A program made the position numbers and the translations under genes. From Candidatus Multivoradales bacterium (GTDB lineage Bacteria > Acidobacteriota > Thermoanaerobaculia > Multivoradales > Multivoraceae), in the NCBI GenBank assembly GCA_965223325.1, contig CBDCWI010000002.1, positions 640,001-704,000 on the forward strand: 64,000 nucleotides of DNA, in the 5' to 3' direction. The notes under the pieces were generated by a model. It had not been told where the DNA came from. It saw only the letters and a list, made by a program, of their open reading frames with translations, and ran no database searches. Positions 39,001 to 48,836 of this stretch are shown here, piece by piece. Numbering within the stretch: position 1 is the first letter of the stretch; each line of letters starts with the position of its first letter.

Positions 39001-39993
39001 CTAGCCTTCCTCGACCGAGAACAGTTTGCCGCGCACCGCCCTACGGTACATCGACGGCGTCTGTCCCATGACCGCTCGGAAGACGGTGGCGAAGTAGGCG
39101 TTGTCGTCGTAGCCCACTTCGGCTCCAACCTGCGCAATCGAGAAGTTGGTTTTCGCCAGCAGCTCGCAGGCGAGGGCGATGCGCAGATCGCGGTGGTAGT
39201 CGATCGGTGAAATGCCGGTGGCCTCGCGAAAGCGCCGGTGAAGCGTCCTGGGGCTGACTCCGAGCTCCAGAGCGAGGTCGCTGATACGCACCTTCTCCGC
39301 CAGGCGCTCGCTCAGCCACTGCTGCGCGTCGACGATCATTTCGTCGCGGTGGGGGTTGACCTCCCCTTCGATGAACCCCTGCGAGCGGTACGGCCGCCGG
39401 CTCTCAGGAGAAAACTGCACCGCCACGTGGCGTGCCATGCGCGGCCCGTAAAGGCGCTCGATGAAATGCGTCGTGAGATCGGCCAACGAGTTGACGCTCC
39501 CAGCACAGTAGTGATTGCCAGCGCGAGTGATCAGGTGGTCACGCTTGAGGTCGACTCGCGGGTAGCGCCGCGCAAACGCGTCGAGGTAGAACCAGTGCGT
39601 GGTCGCGGGCTTACCGTCGAGCAGACCCGCCTCGGCTGGGAAGAACGCCCCGGTGCCGGAAGAACAGATCATCGTCTGACCGGCGGCGAGCTCTGAAAGC
39701 GCGGGCAGGACCTCGGAACACTCGCGGACCACCGGCAGGGGGTTGCGAAAGAAAGACGGGAAGAACAACAGATCGACCGCGCCGAGATCGGAGAACGCGC
39801 AATCCGCTTCAATCGACATGCGTTCGAAGGCCGGTACCGAGCGACCGTCGACGGTCGCAATCTTGATCTCGAGGTTCGAAACCGCACGCCGACGGGCGCG
39901 GTCGAGCCCGTCGGCGGCGCGAATCATCTCCGCGGGAATCGTGATGCTGGTCATCAGGGCGCGCGGGTGAAGGAAGAAGGCAACGGTTGGCAT
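39001..39993 (-). CDS. GlxA-family (DJ-1 + AraC HTH) transcriptional regulator
   Basis: AEAGLLDGKPATTHW; SPRTLHRRFR, VGYDDNAYF..VFR..MGQTP..YR. Confidence 0.9.
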   Translation of the reverse strand: MPTVAFFLHPRALMTSITIPAEMIRAADGLDRARRRAVSNLEIKIATVDGRSVPAFERMSIEADCAFSDLGAVDLLFFPSFFRNPLPVVRECSEVLPALSELAAGQTMICSSGTGAFFPAEAGLLDGKPATTHWFYLDAFARRYPRVDLKRDHLITRAGNHYCAGSVNSLADLTTHFIERLYGPRMARHVAVQFSPESRRPYRSQGFIEGEVNPHRDEMIVDAQQWLSERLAEKVRISDLALELGVSPRTLHRRFREATGISPIDYHRDLRIALACELLAKTNFSIAQVGAEVGYDDNAYFATVFRAVMGQTPSMYRRAVRGKLFSVEEG

Positions 39994-40130
39994 GGGGCGT
40001 TGGACCCTTCGTTTGCTTGGAGAGTTCGCGGTGTGGCGCAATCATTGAATAACTCGGCTCAATTTTCAAATAACACCCGCGAACGCCCGCCTAGACTGAC
40101 CGCTCACAATCGCAACATCAGGTGAGAAAC

Positions 40131-41993
40131 ATGACCAGACTCGCCGTGGTCGCGGGATTCGGCGGCATCAATGCCGCCGGCCGCTCCTCAGGACATCACG
40201 GATACAGGCGCACCGTCATCGATCGCCAGAGTCCCGACCGGGCCGATGCCACCTGGCGCAGCCTGGCGGGCTTGATGGGAATCGACTCCCCGATCGATGG
40301 GCCAACGCGCGAGTACCTCGCCGCCCACACCCTGATTCGGGGGCTCGAAGAACAGCACTTCGACCCTGGTGACGCCCCGTGGAACCGGCGCATGGAGGTC
40401 ACCCTCGGGCCCGAGCAGTGGTTCGAAGTCAAGGCACGCGAGCTGCCCACGCCACTTCCTCCGGGTTGGCAGGTCGAGGCCCAAAACGGTTGCAACCTCG
40501 CCGACCCCGGCCGCTACGACCGGGTGCGGGTGCGCCTGAGCGCGCCCACCGAAGTCCTGGTCGAGAGCCGCCGTGCCCTCGGCGTCAGCGCTGCCGGTCA
40601 GCTGCCGACCGGCTTCGATCCCAAGGCGCTCTACGCCGCCCGCAGCCACCCGCGCGCCCTTCAGCTGGCGCTCTATGCCGCCAACGACGCCGTCGGCAGC
40701 CTCGGCATTCCGTGGGAGACCATCACCGAGCGAGTTCCGCCGGACCAGTTCAGCCTCTACGCCGGCAGCGCCCTCGGCCAGATGGACGATGAAGGCAACG
40801 CCGGCCTGCTCGGTTCGCGCTACCGCGGCGGCCGACCGACCTCGAAGCACATCGCGATGGGCCTGGCCGAAATGCCGGCCGATTTCGTCAATGCCTACGT
40901 TCTCGGCAGCCTCGGCAAGACCGGGCACAACATGGGCGCCTGCGCGACCTACTTTTACAACCTCAGACAGGGCCTGCTCGACATTCAGAGTGGCACCTCA
41001 CGCGTCGCCATCGTCGGTGGTGCCGAGGCACCGCTCAATCCTGACGTCGTCGAAGGTCTGGCCACGATGGGCGCACTCGGGCAAGACAAAGCCATCGCGG
41101 AGCTCGATCGTGCGCTCGGCCGCGAGGGACCTGACCTGCGCCGCGCCTGCCGCCCGTTCGCCGAGAACTGCGGCTTTACGATTGCCGAAGGTGCCCAGTA
41201 CATCGTGCTCATGGACGCGCAGCTGGCCGTCGAGCTGGGAGCCGCAATCTACGGCGCAGTCTCAGACGTTCAGGTACACGCCGATGGTCACAAGCGCTCG
41301 ATCTCCTCACCCGGAGTCGGCAACTACGCGACAGTCGCCAAGGCGGTTGCCCGAGCCCGCCGGGACTTCGGAGATCAAGCGATCAAGAAGAGCTTCGTGC
41401 ACGCACACGGCACCGGAACTCCACAGAACCGCACCACCGAATCACACATTCTCTCGACCGTCGCCAAGGCTTTCGGAATCGAAGCCTGGCCAGTCGCAGC
41501 GGTCAAGTGTTTCGTTGGCCACACCATGGCAACCGCGGGTGGTGACCAACTGGTCTCGGCGCTCGGCACCTGGACCGACGGGATTCTGCCCGGGGTCGCG
41601 ACCATCGACCAGGTGGCAGACGACGTCTATCAAGACCACCTGCGCATCTCCCCCGAGCCGTTGGAAGGTGACCCTCGAGAGATGCCCATCGCCTTTCTGA
41701 ACGCCAAGGGCTTCGGCGGCAACAACGCCACCGCCACCCTTCTCTCTCCCTACGAAGCACGAGCCCAGCTGCGGGGGGCCCTCGGAAGCGTGGCGATGTC
41801 AACGTGGGAAGATCGCCACCAGGAAGTCGCCCACCGCATCAGCGACTGGGACCTTGCCCAGACCGAAGGGCGAGCCGAATTCATCTACCGCTACAACCAC
41901 GAGGTCCGTGACGGCAGTCACGTGCAGCTCGATGAGAACACTCTCCGAATCGAAGGCCTGCCAGCGATCGCACTGCTGGACCAGCAAGCCTGA
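40131..41993 (+). CDS. fabY: FabY-like beta-ketoacyl-ACP synthase
   Basis: GFGGINAAGRSS.HH.YRR N-terminus typical of FabY; SAAGQLPTGF, GACAT (catalytic Cys), AHGTGTPQNR.TES, GHT, GFGGNN. Confidence 0.8.
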   Translation: MTRLAVVAGFGGINAAGRSSGHHGYRRTVIDRQSPDRADATWRSLAGLMGIDSPIDGPTREYLAAHTLIRGLEEQHFDPGDAPWNRRMEVTLGPEQWFEVKARELPTPLPPGWQVEAQNGCNLADPGRYDRVRVRLSAPTEVLVESRRALGVSAAGQLPTGFDPKALYAARSHPRALQLALYAANDAVGSLGIPWETITERVPPDQFSLYAGSALGQMDDEGNAGLLGSRYRGGRPTSKHIAMGLAEMPADFVNAYVLGSLGKTGHNMGACATYFYNLRQGLLDIQSGTSRVAIVGGAEAPLNPDVVEGLATMGALGQDKAIAELDRALGREGPDLRRACRPFAENCGFTIAEGAQYIVLMDAQLAVELGAAIYGAVSDVQVHADGHKRSISSPGVGNYATVAKAVARARRDFGDQAIKKSFVHAHGTGTPQNRTTESHILSTVAKAFGIEAWPVAAVKCFVGHTMATAGGDQLVSALGTWTDGILPGVATIDQVADDVYQDHLRISPEPLEGDPREMPIAFLNAKGFGGNNATATLLSPYEARAQLRGALGSVAMSTWEDRHQEVAHRISDWDLAQTEGRAEFIYRYNHEVRDGSHVQLDENTLRIEGLPAIALLDQQA

Positions 41994-42029
41994 GGAGCGA
42001 AGAGCGAGCAAATAGAGCAAGAGGAAACC

Positions 42030-43517
42030 ATGCAAACGATCGACCATCTGATTCATGGCCAGGCGAGGCCGGGATCCGGTGACCGTACGAGCCCGATCTG
42101 GAACCCTGCCACCGGCGAGCGCCTGCATGACCTCTCCCTGGCGAGCCTGCATGAGGTCGATGCGGCGGTCGACGCGGCGTCACAGGCCTTCCGCTCCTGG
42201 AAGACGTCGAGTCTGGCCCAGCGCACCAAGCTCATGTTCGCGTTTCGCAACCTGGTCGAAGCCAATGCGAGCGAGATCGCCAGTTGCCTCTCCCGCGAAC
42301 ATGGCAAGGTCAAGAGTGACGCTCTGGGCGAGGTCGCGCGCGCGGTCGAGAACATCGAGTTCGCCTGTGGCATTGCCGAGCTGCTCAAGGGCAGCTACAA
42401 CGAGTCCGCTTCGAGCGGAGTCGACGTCTACACGGTGCGCCAGCCGCTAGGGGTCGTCGCAGGGATAACCCCGTTCAACTTCCCGGCGATGGTGCCGATG
42501 TGGATGATCCCCAACGCTGTCGCCTGCGGCAACACCTTCGTTCTCAAACCTTCGGAAAAGGACCCCTCGGCACCGCTCATGCTGGCCGAGCTCTTTCACG
42601 AGGCCGGCTTTCCACCCGGGGTGCTCAACGTCGTCCATGGCGACAAGCTGGCCGTTGACCGACTGATCGAGCATCCCGAGGTTCGGGCGCTCAGCTTTGT
42701 GGGCTCAACGCCGATTGCGCGCTACGTACACCAAGAGGCCAGCCAGGCCGGGAAACGCGTACAGGCCCTGGGCGGAGCGAAGAACCACATGGTGGTGCTT
42801 CCGGATGCCGACATCGATCTCGCCGCCGACGCCGCGGTCTCGGCAGCCTTCGGCTCCGCCGGTGAGCGGTGCATGGCGATCTCGGTGGTGGTGGCCGTGG
42901 GTTCCGCGGCCGATCCGCTGGTGGCCGCGATCCAGGAGCGCATGGCAAAACTGCGGATCGGCCCGGGCGACGACCCCCAGTCTGAGATGGGGCCGCTGAT
43001 CACCCGCGAGCATCGAGATCGGGTCGCCGGCTACATCAACGAAGGGCAAGAAGCCGGCGCGCGGGTGGTCGTCGACGGGCGCGAGGCGCAGTTCCCAAAC
43101 GGCGGCTTCTTCCTCGGCGCCACGCTCCTCGACCAGGTGACGACCGACATGTCGGTCTATCGCGACGAGATCTTTGGTCCCGTCCTCGCCGTGATGCGTG
43201 TCGAGAGCTATCCCGAGGCTCTCGCCATTCTCAACCAGAATCCCTTCGGCAACGGCACCGCGATCTTCACCCGTGACGGCGGCGCGGCGCGGCGCTTCCA
43301 AGAAGACGCCGAGGTCGGCATGGTGGGCATCAACGTACCGATTCCGGTCCCGGTCGGGTATCACTCCTTCGGTGGTTGGAAAGACTCGCTGTTTGGCGAC
43401 GCCCACATGTATGGACCCGAGGGAATCCGCTTCTTCACCCGCGCCAAGGCGATCACCAGCCGCTGGCCCGACCCGGCCGAAAGCACGGTGGACCTGGGTT
43501 TCCCGCGCCTGTCGTAG
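42030..43517 (+). CDS. mmsA: CoA-acylating methylmalonate-semialdehyde dehydrogenase
   Basis: ITPFNFPAMVP, KPSEKDP, FVGST, GGAKNH, AGERCMA, EIFGPV, INVPIPVP. Confidence 0.93.
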   Translation: MQTIDHLIHGQARPGSGDRTSPIWNPATGERLHDLSLASLHEVDAAVDAASQAFRSWKTSSLAQRTKLMFAFRNLVEANASEIASCLSREHGKVKSDALGEVARAVENIEFACGIAELLKGSYNESASSGVDVYTVRQPLGVVAGITPFNFPAMVPMWMIPNAVACGNTFVLKPSEKDPSAPLMLAELFHEAGFPPGVLNVVHGDKLAVDRLIEHPEVRALSFVGSTPIARYVHQEASQAGKRVQALGGAKNHMVVLPDADIDLAADAAVSAAFGSAGERCMAISVVVAVGSAADPLVAAIQERMAKLRIGPGDDPQSEMGPLITREHRDRVAGYINEGQEAGARVVVDGREAQFPNGGFFLGATLLDQVTTDMSVYRDEIFGPVLAVMRVESYPEALAILNQNPFGNGTAIFTRDGGAARRFQEDAEVGMVGINVPIPVPVGYHSFGGWKDSLFGDAHMYGPEGIRFFTRAKAITSRWPDPAESTVDLGFPRLS

Positions 43518-43536
43518 GCCGATGGACGGTCCACGA

Positions 43537-44160
43537 CTAGACCGGTCCAGCCTGCGAGGTGAACTCTTCTCCGTCGTCATCTTCGGTGTGACTGGCGTCA
43601 TCGAGCAGCGAGACCGTAAAGGGCGGCTGACCCTCGAACGCAGTGATCGAACTGTTGGTCCAGTGCGGTGGCAGGTCGCCTTCGGCAGAAAGGTGGTCTT
43701 CGACCATCGCTCGACAGACCAAACCATGCGCCACCAGAATGTGACAACGGGGAGGCGACAACCCACTCCAGCTCGGCGCCAGGCGCTCGAAGGTTGCGCC
43801 CACCCGCTGCCTGAAGACCGGCCAGCTCTCACCCGCCGGAGGCTCGTAGAGAGGCGCCATGATGTCGACACCGATGTCGCTGTAGGCGCGCCCCCGAAGG
43901 TCACCGAAGTCGCGCTCCCGTAGACCCTCGTCGATCTCGACCCGCGCCCCACAACGCCGGCCGATGACCAGGGCGGTCTCGTGGGCTCGCGCCAGGTCAC
44001 TGGTCAGAAGGCGCTCGATCTGCCAACCCTCGCGGCGGATGCGCTCGGCCAGGAGCTCGGCCTGGCGGCGGCCACGGGCGTTGAGTGGTGTCTCGGGCGT
44101 TTGCACGATGCGATTGGCGTTGGAGGCCGTCTCGCCGTGTCGTACCAGGAGGACGGTCAC
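43537..44160 (-). CDS. Histidine phosphatase (phosphoglycerate mutase) family protein
   Basis: LVRHGET, SDLARAHETA, LRERDFG, VAHG; start approximate. Confidence 0.85.
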   Translation of the reverse strand: MTVLLVRHGETASNANRIVQTPETPLNARGRRQAELLAERIRREGWQIERLLTSDLARAHETALVIGRRCGARVEIDEGLRERDFGDLRGRAYSDIGVDIMAPLYEPPAGESWPVFRQRVGATFERLAPSWSGLSPPRCHILVAHGLVCRAMVEDHLSAEGDLPPHWTNSSITAFEGQPPFTVSLLDDASHTEDDDGEEFTSQAGPV

Positions 44161-44283
44161 CGGCGGGTTCTCCCACCCGACCGTGGGTTCTCGATGGAGC
44201 TCATGCGCTCGAACCGTATCCGAAACGGATATCCGATCTTCTCGGGTACGATCGACGCCAGACAAAGCGGGAGCAAGAGGAGC

Positions 44284-45699
44284 ATGTCCGAGGCAGTCCT
44301 TTCGCCTTCGGCCGAGATCGGTGCGGCCCAGGAGACCAGCGTCACCGTACCCTTCATCGGTGCCGTCGACCGCCCGCGAGTCGTGATCGTCGGGGCCGGG
44401 TTTGGCGGGCTCGAGTGCGCCCAACGGCTGCGTTCCGCACCGGCCGAAGTCGTGGTCATCGACCGCACCAACCATCACCTCTTCCAACCTCTGCTCTACC
44501 AGGTGGCAACTGCGGCCCTGTCACCAGCCGACATCGCGCGACCGATTCGCGCCATCCTCAGACGTCAGCGCAACGCGGCCGTGGTGCTTGCCGACGTCAA
44601 GCACATCGACACAGAACGGCGTGTCCTCGAACTCGACGGTGCCGACCCGATGCCCTACGACACCCTGGTCCTGGCAATCGGTGCGCGCCACTCGTACTTT
44701 GAAAACGACGACTGGGAGCGCCACGCGCCAGGGCTCAAGACCCTGGGTGATGCGCTCGCGATACGCCGCCGCATTCTGTTGTCCTTCGAACGCGCCGAGC
44801 GCGCCGCCCTCGATTCCCCAACGACGGTTCGCACCGGCAATCCGGACCTGACCTTCGTGGTGGTTGGTGCCGGACCCACCGGAGTCGAGCTTGCCGGTGC
44901 CATCGCCGAGATCGCTCACCAGACGTTACGGCGCAACTTTCGGGCGATCGATCCAACCCGCACCCGGGTCCTCCTGGTCGAGGCGGCCCAGGAGGTTCTA
45001 CCGCCGTTTCCGAGCGACCTCGGCGAGAGCGCGCGGCGACAGCTCGAAGAGCTCCGGGTCGAGGTCCGCCTGGGAACGCGCGTCATCGGGGTCGATGCCG
45101 AAGGGGTCGATCTCTCTTCTGGTCAGGACTCTGAACGCGAAACCGAGCGCATCGCGTGCCGTAATGTCTTCTGGGCGGCCGGCAACGCAGTGTCTGGATT
45201 GTTGAAGGACCTCCATGCGTCCTACGACCGTCAGGGACGGGTCAAGGTTCTGCCGGATCTTTCGGTTCCGGGCCACCCCGAGATCTTCGTCATCGGCGAT
45301 GCCGCCCACTGTAAGGACACCAATGGAACAGCGCTCCCCGGCGTGGCCCAGGTGGCGAAGCAGCAAGGTCGCTTCGTCGCCGAGTTGCTCGCGCGTGAGG
45401 GCTTTGCGCGCGACACCACATCGAAACGCAGCTTCAGCTATCGCGACCCCGGCACCATGGCGACGATCGGCCGGGCGCGCGCCGTGGCCTGGCTCGGCCG
45501 CTTCCGCTTCGGCGGCCTGGTTGCCTGGTTGCTGTGGAGTTTCCTCCACGTGTTCTTCCTGATCGGTTTTCGCAACCGCGTTTCGGTGATGCTCGAGTGG
45601 ATCTTCTGGTACTGGAGCGGGCGGCGCGGTGCGCGACTGCTCTATCGCTCAGCCGAAGAAGAGACCTTCATCCCTCGCGCGCGCTCCCCCAAGCGCTAG
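44284..45699 (+). CDS. ndh: Type II NADH dehydrogenase family FAD oxidoreductase
   Basis: VGAGFGG, HHLFQPLLYQVAT, VGAGPTGVELAG, FVIGD, AQVAKQQG; AGAGGAG RBS. Confidence 0.9.
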   Translation: MSEAVLSPSAEIGAAQETSVTVPFIGAVDRPRVVIVGAGFGGLECAQRLRSAPAEVVVIDRTNHHLFQPLLYQVATAALSPADIARPIRAILRRQRNAAVVLADVKHIDTERRVLELDGADPMPYDTLVLAIGARHSYFENDDWERHAPGLKTLGDALAIRRRILLSFERAERAALDSPTTVRTGNPDLTFVVVGAGPTGVELAGAIAEIAHQTLRRNFRAIDPTRTRVLLVEAAQEVLPPFPSDLGESARRQLEELRVEVRLGTRVIGVDAEGVDLSSGQDSERETERIACRNVFWAAGNAVSGLLKDLHASYDRQGRVKVLPDLSVPGHPEIFVIGDAAHCKDTNGTALPGVAQVAKQQGRFVAELLAREGFARDTTSKRSFSYRDPGTMATIGRARAVAWLGRFRFGGLVAWLLWSFLHVFFLIGFRNRVSVMLEWIFWYWSGRRGARLLYRSAEEETFIPRARSPKR

Positions 45700-47588
45700 G
45701 GACCGGGTCGACCCGGTCGTGGCGGCCCAGCGGCGCGAACGCCGCGACCTGGCCGTCGGCCGTTGGCCACCGCGTTCGACCACAGTGAGGTTCCACCGCT
45801 CTCGAAACCGTCGCGAAAGAGCAGGTTGCGCAAGAGGCGGGTGCCTGAGATCACCAGCAAGTTGCCGACGTCGTGGAGACTGCCGTTGTCTCCTAGCATC
45901 TCGTTGATGATCAGATCGGAACGACCGTCGCCATCGACGTCGCCCGCTGCCGCGCTGTAGGCGAGGGTGTCACCGGAGTTGCCGCCGGCGTTGTTGCCGC
46001 GCGCGCCGCGAATCTCGGCGACGAAGAGGTCGTCCGGGTCCGGAAGGTCGAAGAGCTCGACCACCGCGGGCCAGGCACCTTCCTGGCCGTAGGCAATGTG
46101 TACGACGCCGGCGTGGGTACGGCTCTGGGGGTTGCCGTGCGGTGAACTGAACATCAAGTCGCCCTGGCCGTCGCCGTCGAAATCGCCGTGCGCGGCGGTA
46201 TCGGCTCCGATCGCTCCGGCGTTCGGGCCCTCGATCACCGTGAACTCCAACGAAGCGGGCGGCATGTCGAGATCGAAATCGAGCCCCTTGAGTTCGGCGG
46301 CGTCAAAGAACACATGCCCGATCCCTGCGTTTAGACCAGCCGGTCCAGCACCCGTCAGATCGCCAACGAACAAGTCCGCCTGTTGGTCGCCGTCGTAGTC
46401 GAGCCCACCCAGGATCTCCTCACCGAAGCTCACATTGCGGGTGCTCCCATCGATGACGGTCGACGAAAGAGCGTTTGCGCCGGCGACCAGCGAGAAACCG
46501 TCGACCCAGGGAGGCGCAGGGAAAGCGTCGTCCCAAACGATATAGAGCGCGCCGTCGGGCGAGCGACCCCCGGGACCGGCGTCGCCAAACCCCGAGGGTG
46601 GCGCCAGGAGACCACCGACCCGGTTGAGCGCCGCGCCTACGAGCACCTCGGCCTTGCCATTGCCGTCCAGGTCCGCCGCCTGGACGGTGGCGCCGAAGTG
46701 GTAGTCGCAGGCGGGGGAAGGAGGCCTGATCTCAGCCACCCGCCCCGCGAGACCGAAGCCCGGCGACCCGAAGTCGAGAAGGTCGTAGCGAGTACCACTG
46801 GCGAGTTCTGTACCGCCGAGGATGACCCAGGCCGTCCCCTGGTCGGCGGTCGCACTGCAGCCAACCCCGGTGTAGTGCACGACGCGGTCCGCACCGACGA
46901 CCAGGTCGTTGGTGCCATCACCATCGACGTCACCGGCGCGCGCCCACATGCAGAAGCGGTCGAACTCTGCGCCGCCCGTGATCTCGGTAACGGTCAGGCT
47001 GGCCGGCGGCGAAGCGAGGTCGAGCACCGTCTCGGTCAAGGCGAAGTCACGGACGGCGGTGCCGCCGACGAGAATGGTCAGCTTGCCGGCCCCGGAACGC
47101 CCCGTGGCTGGCTCGTAGTTCTGGCTACAAATCAGCAGATCGCCAGTGCCGTCGCCGGTCACATCGTCAATCCAGATTTCGCTTCCCGCATGCTCACTCG
47201 AGTGCGCGCCAGCGATGCGCAACGTCCGCCCTGACAACACGGTGGTGTCGACCGTCCCCTCGATGGTCCCGGTCCCGTGGATCAGGTAGACCAGACCATT
47301 CTCGGAGCGACCAAGTGAGCTGTTGGTCATCGCCGATATCGCCCAGTCCGCCAGACCGTCGCCGTCTATGTCATGGCCACCGGCAACCGGTACGCCGTAG
47401 GTGCCGCCGTCTGGGTTCGAGCCCAGTGTGCGATGGATGCCTTCGTAGCTGTCGAGCAAGAGATCGATGACCAGACCGGCCTGGGCGGCAACGGGAACCG
47501 TACCGGTGGGAGCCATCAACGCGAGTAGAACGGGCGCGAGCCACCCGACAGTACATCTCAAGACATCTTCACCTCGGTGGTACACCAT
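45696..47588 (-). CDS. Secreted FG-GAP repeat (integrin-alpha-like beta-propeller) protein with a C-terminal FxDGFESG motif
   Basis: Seven DxDGDGxxD-like loops (DIDGDGLAD, DVTGDGTGD, DVDGDGTND, DLDGNGKAE, DYDGDQQAD, DFDGDGQGD, DVDGDGRSD); LFRDGFESGGTSLWS. Confidence 0.85.
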   Translation of the reverse strand: MVYHRGEDVLRCTVGWLAPVLLALMAPTGTVPVAAQAGLVIDLLLDSYEGIHRTLGSNPDGGTYGVPVAGGHDIDGDGLADWAISAMTNSSLGRSENGLVYLIHGTGTIEGTVDTTVLSGRTLRIAGAHSSEHAGSEIWIDDVTGDGTGDLLICSQNYEPATGRSGAGKLTILVGGTAVRDFALTETVLDLASPPASLTVTEITGGAEFDRFCMWARAGDVDGDGTNDLVVGADRVVHYTGVGCSATADQGTAWVILGGTELASGTRYDLLDFGSPGFGLAGRVAEIRPPSPACDYHFGATVQAADLDGNGKAEVLVGAALNRVGGLLAPPSGFGDAGPGGRSPDGALYIVWDDAFPAPPWVDGFSLVAGANALSSTVIDGSTRNVSFGEEILGGLDYDGDQQADLFVGDLTGAGPAGLNAGIGHVFFDAAELKGLDFDLDMPPASLEFTVIEGPNAGAIGADTAAHGDFDGDGQGDLMFSSPHGNPQSRTHAGVVHIAYGQEGAWPAVVELFDLPDPDDLFVAEIRGARGNNAGGNSGDTLAYSAAAGDVDGDGRSDLIINEMLGDNGSLHDVGNLLVISGTRLLRNLLFRDGFESGGTSLWSNAVANGRRPGRGVRAAGPPRPGRPGP

Positions 47589-47669
47589 CGACCCTGAGCA
47601 CTACAAAAAGGGCTTTGAGAGCACCTCGTCGCCGACCAGAGTGCCCACCAAAAGTATAGTTCAGCCTCG

Positions 47670-48836
47670 ATGACATCTTCGCCGCATGAGCCGTCTGGCC
47701 CCGACTCCGATGCTCTTAGCCCTGGCTGGCAACGAGGGTTGCGCTGGCTGTTGATCGCGATGGTCTACCTGGCGGCGGCCGGAAGCACCCTCGACACCTT
47801 CATGGATCGCTGGGGGCTGGATAGCGCTTCACCGAATGCCACGTTCGTGCGCATGCTCGAGCGCAGTGCCGATCGGCCGTATGTACACCGGCTGCTGGTC
47901 CCCGTCACCGCGAAGGCCATCGCCCTCAATATGCCTTCACCGATTCGCCGTCAGTTGGAGGCACCCCGCGGCGAGCGCGGTCTGTCATTGGCAGACCGGG
48001 TGGTCGAACGTTACGGCCACGGCCACGAGGACCCTCTCCTCTACGCTTCGACCTACGCTCTGGTGGGTATCGCCTGTCTTTTTCTGCCCTGGATCTGGCG
48101 CCAGGTGCTCCACGAACCTGCCAGCGGGTTGCCGACGGGTAGCCGGTGGTTGAAAGACGCGGCACCCGTTGGCCTGGTGCTCCTCCTGCCGCTCTGCTTC
48201 GGTCGCGGAGGCTACCTGTATGACCTGCCGGCGCTCGCTCTCTTGTCACTCGCCTTTCTCTTCTTCCAGAAGGAGCGCCCGCTTTTGTTCGCGCTCTGCC
48301 TCGGCCTGGCGGTCCTCAACAAGGAGGCTGCCCTCCTCGCCCTCGCCTGGCCAGCGGCGCGCATCGCAGCAAAAGAACGACAGGAGGAACGGCAAGCGGC
48401 GCTCCGCTTCGCTTTTCCAGCCGTCGCTTCAGCCACCGCGCTGGCTACCGCGACGCTGTCCTTCTACCGTCATCACCCGGGCGGCATCGTCGAGCATCAC
48501 CTCGCCGGCAACCTCGCGAGCTGGTTCGACGCCGGCACCTGGCTGCATGCGCGCGACGTCTTCGCTGCCGGCCTACCCACACCTCAGGGGTTCAACCTGC
48601 TCAACGTCGCCATGGTCGCTGGGCTCCTTGCTGCCGGCTGGAAGACCACGCGCCGCGAGACCCGCCTGGCTTTCACCTTCGCCGCTCTCTTGACGCTGCC
48701 GCTCTTTCTCGCCTTCGGCTATCGCGACGAGGTGCGGGTGTTCGACACCGCCTTGCCGCCCTTCCTGGTACTCGCCAGCCAGGCGCTACAGAACCTGTGG
48801 GGGACGGCTCGGGGTCGCACTCAGGAGGAGACCTGA
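47670..48836 (+). CDS. Polytopic membrane protein (GT-C glycosyltransferase-like)
   Basis: About 9 TM segments; PYVHRLLVP, YD, LNKE, DEVR loop motifs. Confidence 0.6.
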   Translation: MTSSPHEPSGPDSDALSPGWQRGLRWLLIAMVYLAAAGSTLDTFMDRWGLDSASPNATFVRMLERSADRPYVHRLLVPVTAKAIALNMPSPIRRQLEAPRGERGLSLADRVVERYGHGHEDPLLYASTYALVGIACLFLPWIWRQVLHEPASGLPTGSRWLKDAAPVGLVLLLPLCFGRGGYLYDLPALALLSLAFLFFQKERPLLFALCLGLAVLNKEAALLALAWPAARIAAKERQEERQAALRFAFPAVASATALATATLSFYRHHPGGIVEHHLAGNLASWFDAGTWLHARDVFAAGLPTPQGFNLLNVAMVAGLLAAGWKTTRRETRLAFTFAALLTLPLFLAFGYRDEVRVFDTALPPFLVLASQALQNLWGTARGRTQEET

